Assembly (NCBI RefSeq): GCF_018350175.1
Contig: NC_058368.1
Location: forward strand, 220,970,001 to 221,034,000
Reading direction: 5' to 3'
From: Felis catus
Lineage: Eukaryota
Length of the DNA: 64,000 bases
Made by a program: the position numbers and the translations under genes. A model generated the notes under the pieces. The model saw only the letters and a program-made list of their open reading frames with translations, was not told the origin of the DNA and ran no database searches. Positions within the stretch are counted from its first letter, which is position 1; the number at the start of each line of letters is the position of its first letter. Below, piece by piece: positions 1 to 12,603 of the stretch.

Positions 1-286
1 ACTATGGCAAAATAGGCACAGAGCATACATTATGACTTTTTTTCCTACAAAAGGCCAGTATGTCCCCCAAAAAGAAAAACGGGGAAAGTGATACAGTATG
101 TAACCAGTCACAGACACCTATTGTTACTGACCAAACACTTTTTCTCTGCTTCCTTGACTCACTTTTAGCTTGCCTTTCTTTGTATGTCTTTCTGAGAACG
201 TGGCCTCAGAGTGAATTTTAGCCAGTGGAACGTGAGATGAGTAAGCACTATTTCTGAGCTTTGCCCATAAACATCTTCTTCTATTT

Positions 287-583
287 AAGCACTTCTACAC
301 CTGAGGAAATTTTGCTCCCTAGGGCACATTTGGCAATAGCCAGGCTATATATGGATATCTATATCTATATCTAATCTATATCTATATATGGATATCTATA
401 TCTAATCTATATCTAATATATCTATATCTATATCTATATCTATATCTATATCTATATCTATATCTATATCTAATCTATATATCTGTATATCTCCATAGAG
501 GCTAAGGATGCTGCTAAGGGACAGTCCTCACAACAGAGGTGATCTCATCCAAATGCCAGGAGTCCTGAGGCTGCAAAACCCTG
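287..583 (+). mobile_element. MER20-like hAT DNA transposon remnant, centre occupied by a microsatellite
   Basis: 'attttgctccctagggcacatttggcaat' and 'tagaggctaaggatgctgctaa...ctgaggctgcaaaaccctg' resemble the two ends of MER20 as recalled. Confidence 0.7.
345..492. repeat. (ATATCT)n microsatellite
   Basis: Directly visible imperfect hexamer array. Confidence 0.95.
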
Positions 584-743
584 CTGTTTGCCCTATGGCT
601 TCCTGTATATTCTACGTTTAGAACAAACCTGAAAACCAGATATTAAGAAGTTGGTGATAAAAAAGTAAATTTCTGTCATTATACTTCTTAAAATACTTTA
701 ATTGCAGTAGTAGCCCTAACTTAATTAAAAGAGAAATAGATTA

Positions 744-747
<4 letters not shown>

Positions 748-789
<42 letters not shown>
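748..789. repeat. (TA)n microsatellite
   Basis: Directly visible. Confidence 0.97.
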
Positions 790-794
<5 letters not shown>

Positions 795-899
795 AAAGTA
801 TCACAAGGGACTATACCAGTGAAAGGTGGCTGAAGAAAGAATTTTGAAAGAAAAAAAATATGAACCTACAATGCAAAATAAAGATTTTACTGGATTTAA

Positions 900-1400
900 A
901 ACATTGATAATTTTAATTTTGATTGATATTTAGAGTATTGTAATGAGAAATGGATGGAAATAAGCACCCACATTACTGAGGTGAGTACAAATTAAAGTAA
1001 AAAGTCTATAGTTTATTTTAAAAATATGTCAAAACTTGAAAAGATATGGATTCTAGTTGGAATTCATATCAAGGAAAGATTTATGATCTATATCTTAGTA
1101 ATAGTTATCATAGGGGATACCTGTAAAACACCACAGTTTCTGAAAATAAGATAGTTTAATAACCCTATGTGGAACTTATCATTGTGATGAAATATTGTCA
1201 GCCATTAAATATCATTGGCATTTAAAAATGGCTTATCATATTATATAGAAATATATACATGTCAACTGAAAAGGATTTATAACCCAGAAGGAAAGTGGTG
1301 GTTATGTCTAGGAGATAGAATAGTGAAGGCTTTTTTTTTTTTTTTTCTGTATTGTAAATGTAGGGTAAATTGTTACTTTGGTAACCATAAAATCTTATTC
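900..1400 (+). mobile_element. Ancient L1M(E)-type 3' end remnant
   Basis: Degenerate L1 3' motifs ('gccattaaa', 'gtggttatgtctagga', terminal 'gttactttggtaa'). Confidence 0.45.
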
Positions 1401-1721
1401 TAAAAAATAGCCCTTAAAAAGCTGCTGAGTCTACATCCTGCTCCAACTATGAAACCTCTGAAAAGTACTGTAGGACTTACCTTGCAACACTACCCACCAG
1501 TAGTTACTTATTTTTGGAACTTTTTCATGCATTTTACCTTTGCTTAACTCGCGTCACAAACATTATGGCTGATGGTCACATTAACATGCCAAGAAAATAG
1601 CTTCATAGTGAAAATCAATGCAAGAAAATACTGGAGAGGTGATGTAACCAAATATATAATGTACAGTCTCCTACACAACTTCATAATTCTGACCTCTTTC
1701 TGCACCATTATAAAATTACCG

Positions 1722-3078
1722 TGTGTTAGGAATAGGCTTAGCTCTTCCTAATGCAAGACCTAAATCATAGCGGCTCACATAATAGAGAATGTATTTTGCT
1801 CACATAAGAAGAAATTTTGTTCATCAATGTTGTCACAAATGGCAGAATGTCCTTTTATAAAGCTAAATAATATTCCATCGCACTATTCTACAATTTCTTT
1901 ATCCATTCATCTGTTAATGGACTCTTGGATTGTTTCCATATCTTGGCTATTGTAAGTAATGCTGCAATCAACATAGGAGTGCATATATAGTTTTAAAATA
2001 TATTTAGGATATATTTTGGAGATATACCCAGAAAGTCGAATTGTTGGATCATATGGTCGTTCTATTGACTTTTGTTTTAGGAACCTCTACCCTAATTTTC
2101 GTAGCTGCTGTACCATTTCACATTCTACCAACAGGGAGCAAGTGTTCCAACTTCTCCATATCCTTGTGAACTTGTTATGCTAAGTGGAATGAGCCAGTCA
2201 CAGAATGACAAATACTGCCCAATTTCACTGACATGAGATATCTAAAGTAACCAAACGCCTAGAAGCAGAGAATACAATAGAGGTTGTCATGGGTGGGGAA
2301 AGTGGAGAGTTGCCATTCTATGGGTATATATAACTTCTGTTATGTTACTTGAAGAAGTTCTAGAGATCTCCTATACAGCATGGCATTTATAGTTAGCAAT
2401 ATGGTATTGTGCCCTTCAAACTTTGTTAAGAGGGTAAATCTCATCTTCAATGTTCTTACCATACACAAATAAGAACCCAACAAATCAAGAAATGAAATAA
2501 TAAATAAAAGGGGGACAGAGAAACTTCGGGAGGTGTTCATAAATTTATTGTGGTGATGGCGTATGTGTTTACATACATCCACACTCATCAATCTGTATGC
2601 CTTAAATATGTACAGGTTTTTGAGTATCAATTATATCTCAATAAAGCTATGACAAAAAAGGATGAGAAAGACAATGAAGAAGAGAAGAATAATAATCTGG
2701 AAGGATATGGTGATCCAGTTTTGGTTCTGGGCTACATGGTGAAATGAGAGATTGGCAATGTCCATCATGTTTTTACCCTTATCATTAGAATTCTACAGTA
2801 TCAACTCTTCCATTGCATTCAATGTCCAGGTGATTAGGGAAAGACAAAAGACAAAAGGTGCATGCAGAATGAGCCTGTACCATTTCATAAATCTTTGCTG
2901 GGAACCAGTAAGACCCTGTTTACATTTCATTGGTCAGACCTGAGTCACATGGACATCTTTAGTTGCAAGAATGTCCAGGGAATGTAGCTTTTCATTGCAT
3001 GTATTTCCATCCCTAAGCTTCCTTAGGAAGGAAGAAGGGGGGTATATATTGGGTGGGCAACTAGCTGTGACTGCCACA
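1722..3078 (-). mobile_element. Old MLT1 (J/K/L-like) MaLR LTR, split by the L1 at ~1818-2660
   Basis: Minus strand begins 'tgtggcagtcacagctagttgccc' at 3078; typical MLT1 motifs 'cattggtcagacctgagtcacatggac' and 'gttaggaataggcttagct'. Confidence 0.6.
1818..2660 (+). mobile_element. Old L1MA/MB 3' fragment with 5' inversion (1818-~2168 antisense, ~2169-2660 sense)
   Basis: Antisense 'ttatccattcatctgttaatggac...ggctattgtaagtaatgctgc' followed by sense 'ttatgctaagtggaatgagccagtcacaga...aattatatctcaataaagct'. Confidence 0.8.
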
Positions 3079-3548
3079 AACACATACACCCTGACTCTGT
3101 AAGACCTCCTCTTTCTCAGCAGTCTTCTCCCTATCCACCTTTCCCTTTACAGTAAGTGGCTCCAGTCTTGAATTTGGATATGTATATAACCATTTAAAAC
3201 TAGTATAGTTGCCTTTAGTATTGAATGAGAAATTTCGTCCAGCACCAGTTTCTAAGTTGGGGCTTCATCTTACAGGCTACATAAATAACTATATTTTGAC
3301 CAATCCATGGATCTGCTTAAGGAGAAAATACATTAGTATGCTGTGTTTGAGAATGTATTCTTAATGAAAAATGGCTAAAGGGTAAATGTAATTTTATTTT
3401 CATCAGCCAGAGGAAAAGAGCAAGTGTTATGATAACGTATTTGAAGACCTGTACAAGTAATGAATCCTGGTGCCTCAAGTTAAACTTTAAATGCTGGCAT
3501 GATTGAAAAATACTGAAGTACCAAAAAAATCTGAATATAGAATCAAAC

Positions 3549-3553
<5 letters not shown>

Positions 3554-3632
<79 letters not shown>
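3554..3632. repeat. Compound (TG)n(AG)n microsatellite
   Basis: Directly visible. Confidence 0.97.
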
Positions 3633-3637
<5 letters not shown>

Positions 3638-4849
3638 GAAAGGGAAGAAGAGGGATTAGAGAAGAGGGGAGAGAGAACAGAGGTGCCACACAGATGACAG
3701 AGAGAGAAAAATATAGAAGTAAAGTTTAAAAAAATTATAAAGAGGTTTACTTTTTCTACAATAAAAAGTATCAGCTGATAATAAAATAAATTAGACTAAA
3801 CAGCCCAATTGAAATGAGGGGTGAAGGGGGAAATGTTGCATTTTTATGGAAAAAAAGGCAAAAGAGTGTTTCAATATTTGCTGAACCATTATGGATTTTT
3901 AAAACCCTGCATGATTTAAGCAATTAGATTTTTTTTCTCAATATAGTCTGAACATTCTCTTTTCTTACAATACACAGAATGAAATAATCATTTTGATATT
4001 TAGAGCATTTCTTTCTAATTTCTTGGAACAACCTAAAGGTACATTTGAATGGGAAAAGAAGTAAAAAGAAATGAAGTGAATTGGTAGCAGTGTTTATTAT
4101 CAGTATGTATATGAAGCCCTAGACATAGTTATCCTTAGAGCACACCTCAAATCTTCAGAGCTAATAGGTAAATAGGTTCTTAACTTTCAACCATCATGTT
4201 GGAGGCACTGGTAAAAGTCAGTTCATTCTGGACATGCTGGGACTCATCCAGCTAAGAAGGTAAGTGCTCATGGTCACCTAATTATAATGTATCACTTAGA
4301 TCCTTAGAGCAGAAACCATACTAATGAAGACCAGAACAGATCATTCAGAACCCCCACAGCCTTAAGTTTCAGAAAGTGGATGGAAAGAGCCCACAACCCA
4401 ATGGGGCTACAACATATCATTGTCAGGCTATTTATTCTTAACTATGGGTGGTGAAAAGTATTGCCAAAATATCTCACATTGATCCCACTGTCTAAGGCAA
4501 CTGACTAGTTAGAATACAATTCCAGTGTATCTTCTTATCGATAATCTTCCAGTGTATCTTCTTATCAACTCACACACATACACAAAGATTAGAATACGGA
4601 ATGGAAGAAGAAAAGGGAGGGTGATAATTCGTTGAGAATTTATGAAAGGAAATCTGAGTTCACACAGTGGAAACCTCTACTAAAAGTAATTTGTTCCTAA
4701 GTAAAATGCCAAGATATAGAAGTACGATTGTTTTCTTTAGAGAGACATCAAATCCCCCTTGAAGTGCTATAGAAAACAGAGAAAGTACATATTATTTAAT
4801 TCTGAAGTCTCTGTTGAACATCTGTGTAGAAGGGCCAATGTGTGCAAGC

Positions 4850-6150
4850 TTCCTATCTAGGAATGAGCGGAAGAGGGCATGACATGGCCAGTGGACAGAA
4901 TGGATAATTAGCTCAAGTGCAGGTTGAGGCAGGGAGTTGGGGAACAGCATCTGCATTGTCTTGTAGGCCATGGTATGCATTTTGTTATTTATCTTTAAGA
5001 GCTACAGGAAACCACTAATTTTCTGTAACTTTAATAAAACATTATGTGTTTACTGTGCATGTGTATGTATAATACATATAATTAGCTTTTTTTTATTTTT
5101 TGGCCATTAAAGAGTTTTAGTTTTTATGGCCAACTTTTCGTTATGAAAATATCACACTTGGTGATATTTGTAGAACATAGTGAAGACAAGAAGGAATCAA
5201 TTTAAAAAGGACACATTAGAGGTGCCTGACTCAGTTAAGTGTCAGACTCTTGATATCAGCTCAGGTCTTGATCTCAGCTCAGGAGTTCAAGCCCCGCATA
5301 GGGCTCTGCACTGGGCATGGGGCCTACTTAAAGAAAAAGAAAAAGGAAAAGAAAGAAAAATCACTTAGGTAACTTTTGCAGTAGCCTAGATAAAACACAT
5401 TTGAGCCTAGCCAGGGCTAGGAACAGGAAGAAAGGTGTAGAAAGCAGATAATATACAGAAAAACAAAATAAAACAAAACAAAAGAAACAAACAAAACAAA
5501 ACCCCTAAACCTGACAGAACTTGAATATAGGCTAAACATGATTGGTGATTGAGAAGGAAGTGTTCAGGAGCAGTCCCAACTGTGTGACCTGTATGATCAC
5601 ATTTGTATTGATTTCTTTTTCTAAGTAATTAAAGGAATACCAGGTTTGCGAGATTTGATAGGGGGTTAGCTCTTGAGATGCTTATTTGAGTTTCCACTAA
5701 GGCATCTGAGTAGAGATGGGGCATATGAACTTGAAGGATGAGTCAGAAGACATCTGGGCAGGAGGGTTAAAATGGAGTCAGTTTCTGATGATGAGATCGT
5801 CTAAGGAGATTGCCTATGACAAGAGAGAACTAGCTTAAAGATGAACCTGTCAGCTGTCTCAGCATTTGATACTTGCTTGAAAGAAGAAAGGGCAAAGATC
5901 AAGAAAGCCTTTCTGAGAGCTAGAGGAAAACAGAAATATTTGGCCAAGAAGAAATACTTTGCAAGAAAAGAAGATGGTTCAGATGGTCAACAGCTACTGA
6001 AAAGAATTGGAAGATGAATGAGAAAAACAAACAAAAAACAAAAGCAAAACAAACAAACAAAAACCACCAAGTTCATGTGATTTAGCAAAATGAAATAACT
6101 GGTTGTCTTGGTGTGCAGAAGCCTTTCTAAAGTGGAAGGAGTATGTCCAG
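4850..6150 (-). mobile_element. Decayed L2 fragments
   Basis: Purine-rich L2-antisense motifs such as 'cttgtaggccatggta...ttttatctttaagagctacaggaaaccact' and 'gtgatttagcaaaatgaa'. Confidence 0.55.
5219..5360 (+). mobile_element. Old short CAN-SINE lacking the (CT)n tract
   Basis: 'ggtgcctgactcagttaagtgtcagactcttg...gagttcaagcccc' then an A-rich tail. Confidence 0.8.
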
Positions 6151-6241
6151 CTGATAAAGCCCTGACAATGCGGACATCCCGTAAGTGATGTCATCCAGGG
6201 ATGGGAGGAGAGAGAGAGACGTATCTGAAAAGCGGATCTTT

Positions 6242-6444
6242 GGGGCGCCTGGGTGGCGCAGTCGGTTAAGCGTCCGACTTCAGCCAGGTCACGATCTCGC
6301 GGTCCGTGAGTTCGAGCCCCGCATCAGGCTCTGGGCTGATGGCTCGGAGCCTGGAGCCTGTTTCCGATTCTGTGTCTCCCTCTCTCTCTGCCCCTCCCCC
6401 GTTCATGCTCTGTCTCTCTCTGTCCCAAAAATAAATAAACGTTG
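6242..6444 (+). mobile_element. Young felid CAN-SINE (SINEC_Fc type), no poly(A) tail
   Basis: CpG-rich 'ggggcgcctgggtggcgcagtcggttaagcg'; flanking direct repeat tgaaaagcggatcttt at 6226-6241 and 6443-6458. Confidence 0.97.
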
Positions 6445-7243
6445 AAAAGCGGATCTTTGTTTAAGGAGTTTTTCACTAAGAGAAGGACGAACTAAGCATC
6501 AGAAATACTGACAGGAATCATCCTGTGGGAGGAAGAAGTGAAAATGCTTGAGAAAAAGGTGATAATCCCATAGCATAATGTTGCTGAGAAGATGGGAATC
6601 CAGAACACAAAAGAATGAGAAACCTCTCCTTCCAAAAACCATTACCTGTATAAACAGAAGATTTCAAATTAAAAACCAAATAAAACACAAAAACGACAGT
6701 ATTCATAAGATGTGTTTTGAAGATCTTTAGAGTGCCTCAATCCTAAGACTTAGAGTATAACTGAAATTTCTGTGTTAATTTTTGGTTATTGTTATTAAAT
6801 TAACATGTTTAGAGGATACATAGAGAATTTACACAATTTAGCATAATATATATAATAGCTATACATATTTAAGATACATAGGTTTTTAAAGGTAACTTTG
6901 GGATATTGAATGAGTCACTCAAATAGTATAGAAATCAAGTTAATCAATTTTATTTAATTTTTTTATTTTTTAATGTTTATTTATTATTATTTTTTAATTT
7001 AATTTAATTTAATTTTTTTATATATATGAAATTTATTGTCAAATTGGTTTCCATACAACACCCAGTGCTCATCCCAAAAGGTGCCCTCCTCATTACCCAT
7101 CACCCACCCTCTCCTCCCTCCCACCCCCCATCAACCCTCAGTTTGTTCTCAGTTTTTAACAGTCTCTTATGCTTTGGCTCTCTCCCACTCTAACCTCTTT
7201 TTTTTTTTTCCTTCCCCTCCCCCATGGGTTCCTGTTAAGTTTC

Positions 7244-9336
7244 TCAGGATCCACATAAGAGTGAAACCATATGGTATCTGTCTTTCTCTGTATGGCTTGT
7301 TTCACTTAGCATCACACTCTCCAGTTCCATCCACGTTGCTACAAAAGGCCATATTTCATTTTTTCTCATTGCCACGTAGTATTCCATTGTGTATATAAAC
7401 CACAATTTCTTTATCCATTCATCAGTTGATGGACATTTATGCTCTTTCCATAGTTTGGCTATTGTTGAGAGTGCTGCTATGAACATTGGGGTACAAGTGC
7501 CCCTATGCATCGGTACTCCTGTATCCCTTGGATAAATTCCTAGCAGTGCTATTGCTGGGTCATAGGGTAGGTCTATTTTTAATTTTCTGAGGAACCTCCA
7601 CACTGCTTTCCAGAGCGGCTGCACCAATTTGCATTCCCATCAACAGTGCAAGAGGGTTCCCGTTTCTCCACATCCTCGCCAGCATCTATAGTCTCCTGAT
7701 TTGTTCATTTTGGCCACTCTGACTGGCGTGAGGTGATACCTGAGTGTGGTTTTGATTTGTATTTCCCTGATAAGGAGCGACGCTGAACATCTTTTCATGT
7801 GCCTGTTGGCCATCCGGATGTCTTCTTTAGAGAAGTGTCTATTCATGTTTTCTGCCCATTTCTTCAGTGGGTTATTTGTTTTTCGGGTGTGGAGTTTGGT
7901 GAGCTCTTTATAGATTTTGGATACTAGCCCTTTGCCCGATATGTCATTTGCGAATATCTTTTCCCATTCCGTTGGTTGCCTTTTAGTTTTGTTGGTTGTT
8001 TCCTTTGCTGTGCAGAAGCTTTTTATCTTCATAAGGTCCCAGTAATTCACTTTTGCTTTTAATTCCCTTGCCTTTGGGGATGTGTCGAGTAAGAGATTGC
8101 TACGGCTGAGGTCAGAGAGGTCCTTTCCTGCTTTCTCCTCTAAGGTTTTGATGGTTTCCTGTCTCACATTCAGGTCCTTTATCCATTTTGAGTTTATTTT
8201 TGTGAATGGTGTGAGAAAGTGGTCTAGTTTCAACCTTCTGCATGTTGCTGTCCAGTTCTCCCAGCACCATTTGTTAAAGAGGCTGTCTTTTTTCCATTGG
8301 ATGTTCTTTCCTGCTTTGTCAAAGATGAGTTGGCCATACGTTTGTGGGTCTAGTTCTGGGGTTTCTATTCTATTCCATTGGTCTATGTGTCTGTTTTTGT
8401 GCCAATACCATGCTGTCTTGATGATGACAGCTTTGTAGTAGAGGCTAAAGTCTGGGATTGTGATGCCTCCTGCTTTGGTCTTCTTCTTCAAAATTCCTTT
8501 GGCTATTCGGGGCCTTTTGTGGTTCCATATGAATTTTAGGATTGCTTGTTCTAGTTTCGAGAAGAATGCTGGTGCAATTTTGATTGGGATTGCATTGAAA
8601 GTGTAGATAGCTTTGGGTAGTATTGACATTTTGACAATATTTATTCTTCCAATCCATGAGCAGGGAATGTCTTTCCATTTCTTTAAATCTTCTTCAATTA
8701 CCTTCATAAGCTTTCTATAGTTTTCAGCATACAGATCCTTTACATCTTTGGTTAGATTTATTCCTAGGTATTTTATGCTTCTTGGTGCAATTGTGAAGGG
8801 GATCAGTTTCTTTTTAAAAATTTTTTTTTCAACATTTTTATTTATTTTTGGGACAGAGAGAGACAGAGCATGAATGGGGGAGGGGCATAGAGAGAGGGAG
8901 ACACAGAATCGGAAACAGGCTCCAGGCTCCGAGCCATCAGCCCAGAGCCCGACGCGGGGCTCGAACTCATGGACTGCGAGATCGTGACCTGGCTGAAGTC
9001 GGACGCTTAACCGACTGCGCCACCCAGGCGCCCCAGGATCAGTTTCTTTATTTGTCTTTCTGTTGCTTCATTGTTAGTGTATAAGAATGCAACTGATTTC
9101 TGTACATTGATTTTGTATCCTGCAACTTTGCTGAATTCCTGTATCAGTTCTAGCAGACTTTTGGTGGAGTCTATCGGATTTTCCATGTATAATATCATAT
9201 CATCTGCAAAAAGCGAAAGCTTGACTTCATCTTTGCCAATTTTGATGCCTTTGATTTCCTTTTGTTGTCTGATTGCTGATGCTAGAACTTCCAGCACTAT
9301 GTTAAACAATAGCGGTGAGAGTGGGCATCCCTGTCG
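7244..9336 (-). pseudogene. L1 ORF2 C-terminal fragment, disrupted by a SINE insertion and a TGG>TGA nonsense codon at 7640-7642 in the cysteine-rich motif
   Basis: ORFs 9007-9471 (middle part), 7640-8707 and 7244-7627 are collinear with ORF2 of the full-length copy. Confidence 0.93.
8814..9034 (-). mobile_element. Young felid CAN-SINE inserted in L1 ORF2
   Basis: Near-identical to the SINE at 6242; TSD ggatcagtttcttt at 8800-8813 and 9036-9049. Confidence 0.97.
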
Positions 9337-11910
9337 AGGTTTATTTATTATTGAGAGACAGAGAGAGAGCATGAGCAGGGGAGGGGCAGAGAGAGAGGGA
9401 GAGACAGAATCCGAAGCAGGCTCCAGGCTCTGAGCTGTCAGCACAGAGCCTGAGGCGGGGCTCAAACCCACAAACTGAAGTCCGCAGCTTAAACTACTGA
9501 ACCACCCAGCCAGCTGCCCTGAACTTAAATCTATTTAAATTAAATCTAAGATATTCTTACTGAATTCATAGCAGATTGGCTACATTGCTTACTTGAACTA
9601 CCTAGGTTTGCAACCTGCTTATATAACCCTAGACACATTTGATTGGTCTTGATTTTCTCACAAGTAGAGTGGAGACAAGAATGTTACACAGCTGTTAGCT
9701 GTTAAAGAAAACAAATATGTGATGAACACAATAAATACCCAGTTACTGTTATTATTACTGTTGTTGAGAAGAATATAGTGTATCCACACAAAGAAGGCAA
9801 TTATTAATAGCAGAAATCAGTGTTAATAAGCAAATGCTGAGATCATGCCGTACGTGTTAGAAAGTAGATGAATTCAGAACTCAAAATTTACTGTTGAAGT
9901 ATGAGAATCCATTAAGTATTTCAATTATATTTTAATGCCATTAAACACTATGTTAAGTATGCTGATTGAAAAGGATTTTAAGTCCTACGTAAATGACAAC
10001 ACAGAAGCTCAAGTCATTTATGTGGAGTTCACAAAACTGTATGACAAAAATTGCCTAGGTTAAGAAAAGTGTAGCAAGTTTTAAAATGTTGAAATATGAC
10101 CCAAATGAGTAATTTCTTGATTACTTTGTGGTTTTATATGTAATTTTGTTACTTGGAAAAAAACATTAAATAATGAAAACACTATACCAAAAAATTGAAT
10201 ATGATAGATTTTTCTTTTTTATTTATTCTGGAATTTTGCTATAATAAATAATTCTTAAAAGTGAAAAAAAAATAAATAATAGGAACAAATAATAATTCTC
10301 TTTTGGTCACATTTTATGTGCCTAGTACGTGCAATGTGTATGCTTTACATGTTATAGCAAATGTGCTTGTCCTCGCTGTTGATACTGAAATTAGTGTCTC
10401 TCTCTCTCTCTCGCTCTCGCTCTCCTCCACTCCCCTCCATTTTCTACTAAAATATTACCCATGTCTGTTTTTGCCTCCTTTCAGCCAGGTTCCTGCAAAA
10501 ATAAAATAAAAATAAAAATAAAAATATTTGGACAGATCTGATTGTAATTTGTTTAATGTTAACATTAAATCTTCACTGAATTAAACACAATTATTCATAT
10601 AACACACCATCCCTCTTTAGTATGATCCCAAAATCTACATGGATGAAATTAGGACTTCAAAAGAATTACACACTAAAGTCAGAAGAAGCCTACAGAGATT
10701 TTATCACATTAAAGTAGGTGATAAACTGTCGTTTTAACCAACTATTCAAATCAGCAAACCAGCAAATGTTATTAACATGAACCAAAACATTATTACAGTT
10801 ATGTTATTATACGGAGCACTTGTATGAGGCATTAAACATATTCTCAAAATAAGTACTTGGACTTGTAAAGAGTAATATTGCTTCAGAGAATGTAGATTAT
10901 TTACGATTTTTCATAGTAGACAATGGCAATGTAAGGGACGAATTTCTGATAAAAAAGCAATATTCAGTGATAAAAAAAGTAAACTAAAAATAATGAAGTA
11001 TATGATTTTAGGACACACCTGGTTTGTCAGCAGTACTGCTTGCATGGATGGCTTCAGTCATGGTGACAACTAGCCGTCTTATTTGTAAAATGCAAAGGTG
11101 AGCCCTCAGGTTGGGGGCAGTATGTGAGATTTTTATGCAGGAGATACAATGATTGAATGAAAAGTATGGAATATGTATGGCTCTCTGAGTCAGTGTCATT
11201 GAACTCATTTTCATAGTTCAGTTGAACACGCTCGATATTTTGTTTAGGTCGTCTCCAGTTTTTATTGTACAGTTGAAGTGAGCATCTCTGTGCATAAATT
11301 CTTTTTCCTGTATCTACAATTTTTTCTGGCTAGGTTCACAGAATCAAAATGTGAGCCCATGTATATAAATATACATTTTTAGGATTGTTAATGTAATTAT
11401 AAATTCCATGTTATTGTTTAATAGGAGAGGAGATTAGAATTGGTAAAACTTTAGACCAAAGACCAAGTTAGTTTTTGCCATGTTTTCTCTGACCTTGTAA
11501 ACAGTTTTAAAATCTGTGTGTCCCCCCCCCCCCCGAGGGATGGGGAGAGTGACTATCTAGTTAGAACTCTGCAAATATTGGCAGCAGTCAGCCTTCTTTC
11601 TCCTTTTGTGCCCAGCAGTCTGATTGCAACATATGAACAAACATTTCCCCCTGTGAAAAGATATGGAATCCTGTGCCAGAACTGCATCTTTAGGGAACAG
11701 CTGACAACACATTTCATGAACTTTTAAAAAGACATACTGCTAATCAGCAACATTACAATAACCTATTCATATCTTGGCTTTATGCTATCGCTACATAAAT
11801 GAAATATTAGTGTAGGTCAACTGATATTATTTGTTTTCTCCCTGACAGTTTGCCTTTTTTAAAAACGAAATGTTGGCTAAAATATGTCATTGTTTCTTTT
11901 ACAGGAGTCG

Positions 11911-12098
11911 TTTTTTAAAAATTTATTTTAGAGAAAGATAGACTATGAGCAGGGGAGGGGGTCAGAGGGAGAGAGAGACAGTCTTAAGCAGACTCCGTGC
12001 TCAGTGCTCAGCCCAGAGCCTGATGTGGGGCTCGATCCCATGACTCTGGGATCACAACCTGAGTGGATGCTTCACTGACTGAGCCACCCAGGTGCGCC
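11911..12098 (-). mobile_element. CAN-SINE (older subfamily)
   Basis: T-rich tail, (AG) tract, ends 'actgagccacccaggtgcgcc'. Confidence 0.9.
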
Positions 12099-12414
12099 TA
12101 CAGGACCCATGTTAAGGTGCTAATGTCTGTCTTCTCTTTTATTTCATCTGTCTCCTTGCTTGTATCTTCTATTCTCACAAAAATGAATTCTCCAGTTCCC
12201 CTCTATCTGCAGGATTCTAGCACATGAAGTTGTTCAGGCAGACATCCCCTGCCCCTTCCACTTCCTGTCTCTGAACTTACCTCTCCCTCTATTAAACCTT
12301 GTTATCATATGCCTTAATCCCTGAGGGCTCTGGTCTTCCCTGACCCCAAATGACAGTTTACTTCCAGACGATGATGGTAAGATATGGGTCGGCATGTCTT
12401 AAGCATAGGTTTTA

Positions 12415-12603
12415 GGGGCGCTTGGGTGGCTCAGTGAGTTAAGCATTTGACTCTTGGTTTCCGCTCAGGTCATGATCTCACTGTTAGTGAGTTTAAGTCC
12501 TGTATGGGGCTCTGCACTGACAGTGTGAAGCCTGCCTGGGATTCTGTTTCCCTCTGTCTGTGCACCACCCCCCTCAAGATAAATAAATAAACATTAAAAA
12601 AAA
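12415..12603 (+). mobile_element. CAN-SINE
   Basis: 'ggggcgcttgggtggctcag...aataaataaataaacattaaaaa'. Confidence 0.92.

Larger units (their letters stand above)
6989..9336 (-). mobile_element. Young 5'-truncated felid LINE-1 (3' part of ORF2, 3'UTR, A-rich tail)
   Basis: Minus-strand ORF2 peptides (FADDMILY, C-terminal domain); TSD gtttatttattatt at 6975-6988 and 9339-9352. Confidence 0.97.
6948..9520 (-). mobile_element. CAN-SINE split by L1: tail at ~6948-6988, body at 9339-9520
   Basis: 'ttttttaatgtttatttattatt' resumes after the L1 as 'gtttatttattattgagagacagagag...accaccc'. Confidence 0.85.

Noticed and set aside
4200..4266. Strong splice donor AAG/GTAAGT at ~4260
   Set aside because: No clear acceptor or recognisable coding frame upstream; isolated donors are common.
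6242..6325. tRNA gene-like A/B boxes
   Set aside because: These are the tRNA-derived heads of CAN-SINEs, followed by SINE body and (CT)n tract, not tRNA genes.
9007..9471. 154-aa ORF containing an RT motif as a novel gene
   Set aside because: Chance fusion of SINE, L1 ORF2 fragment and SINE, with no ATG start; fully explained by the nested insertions.
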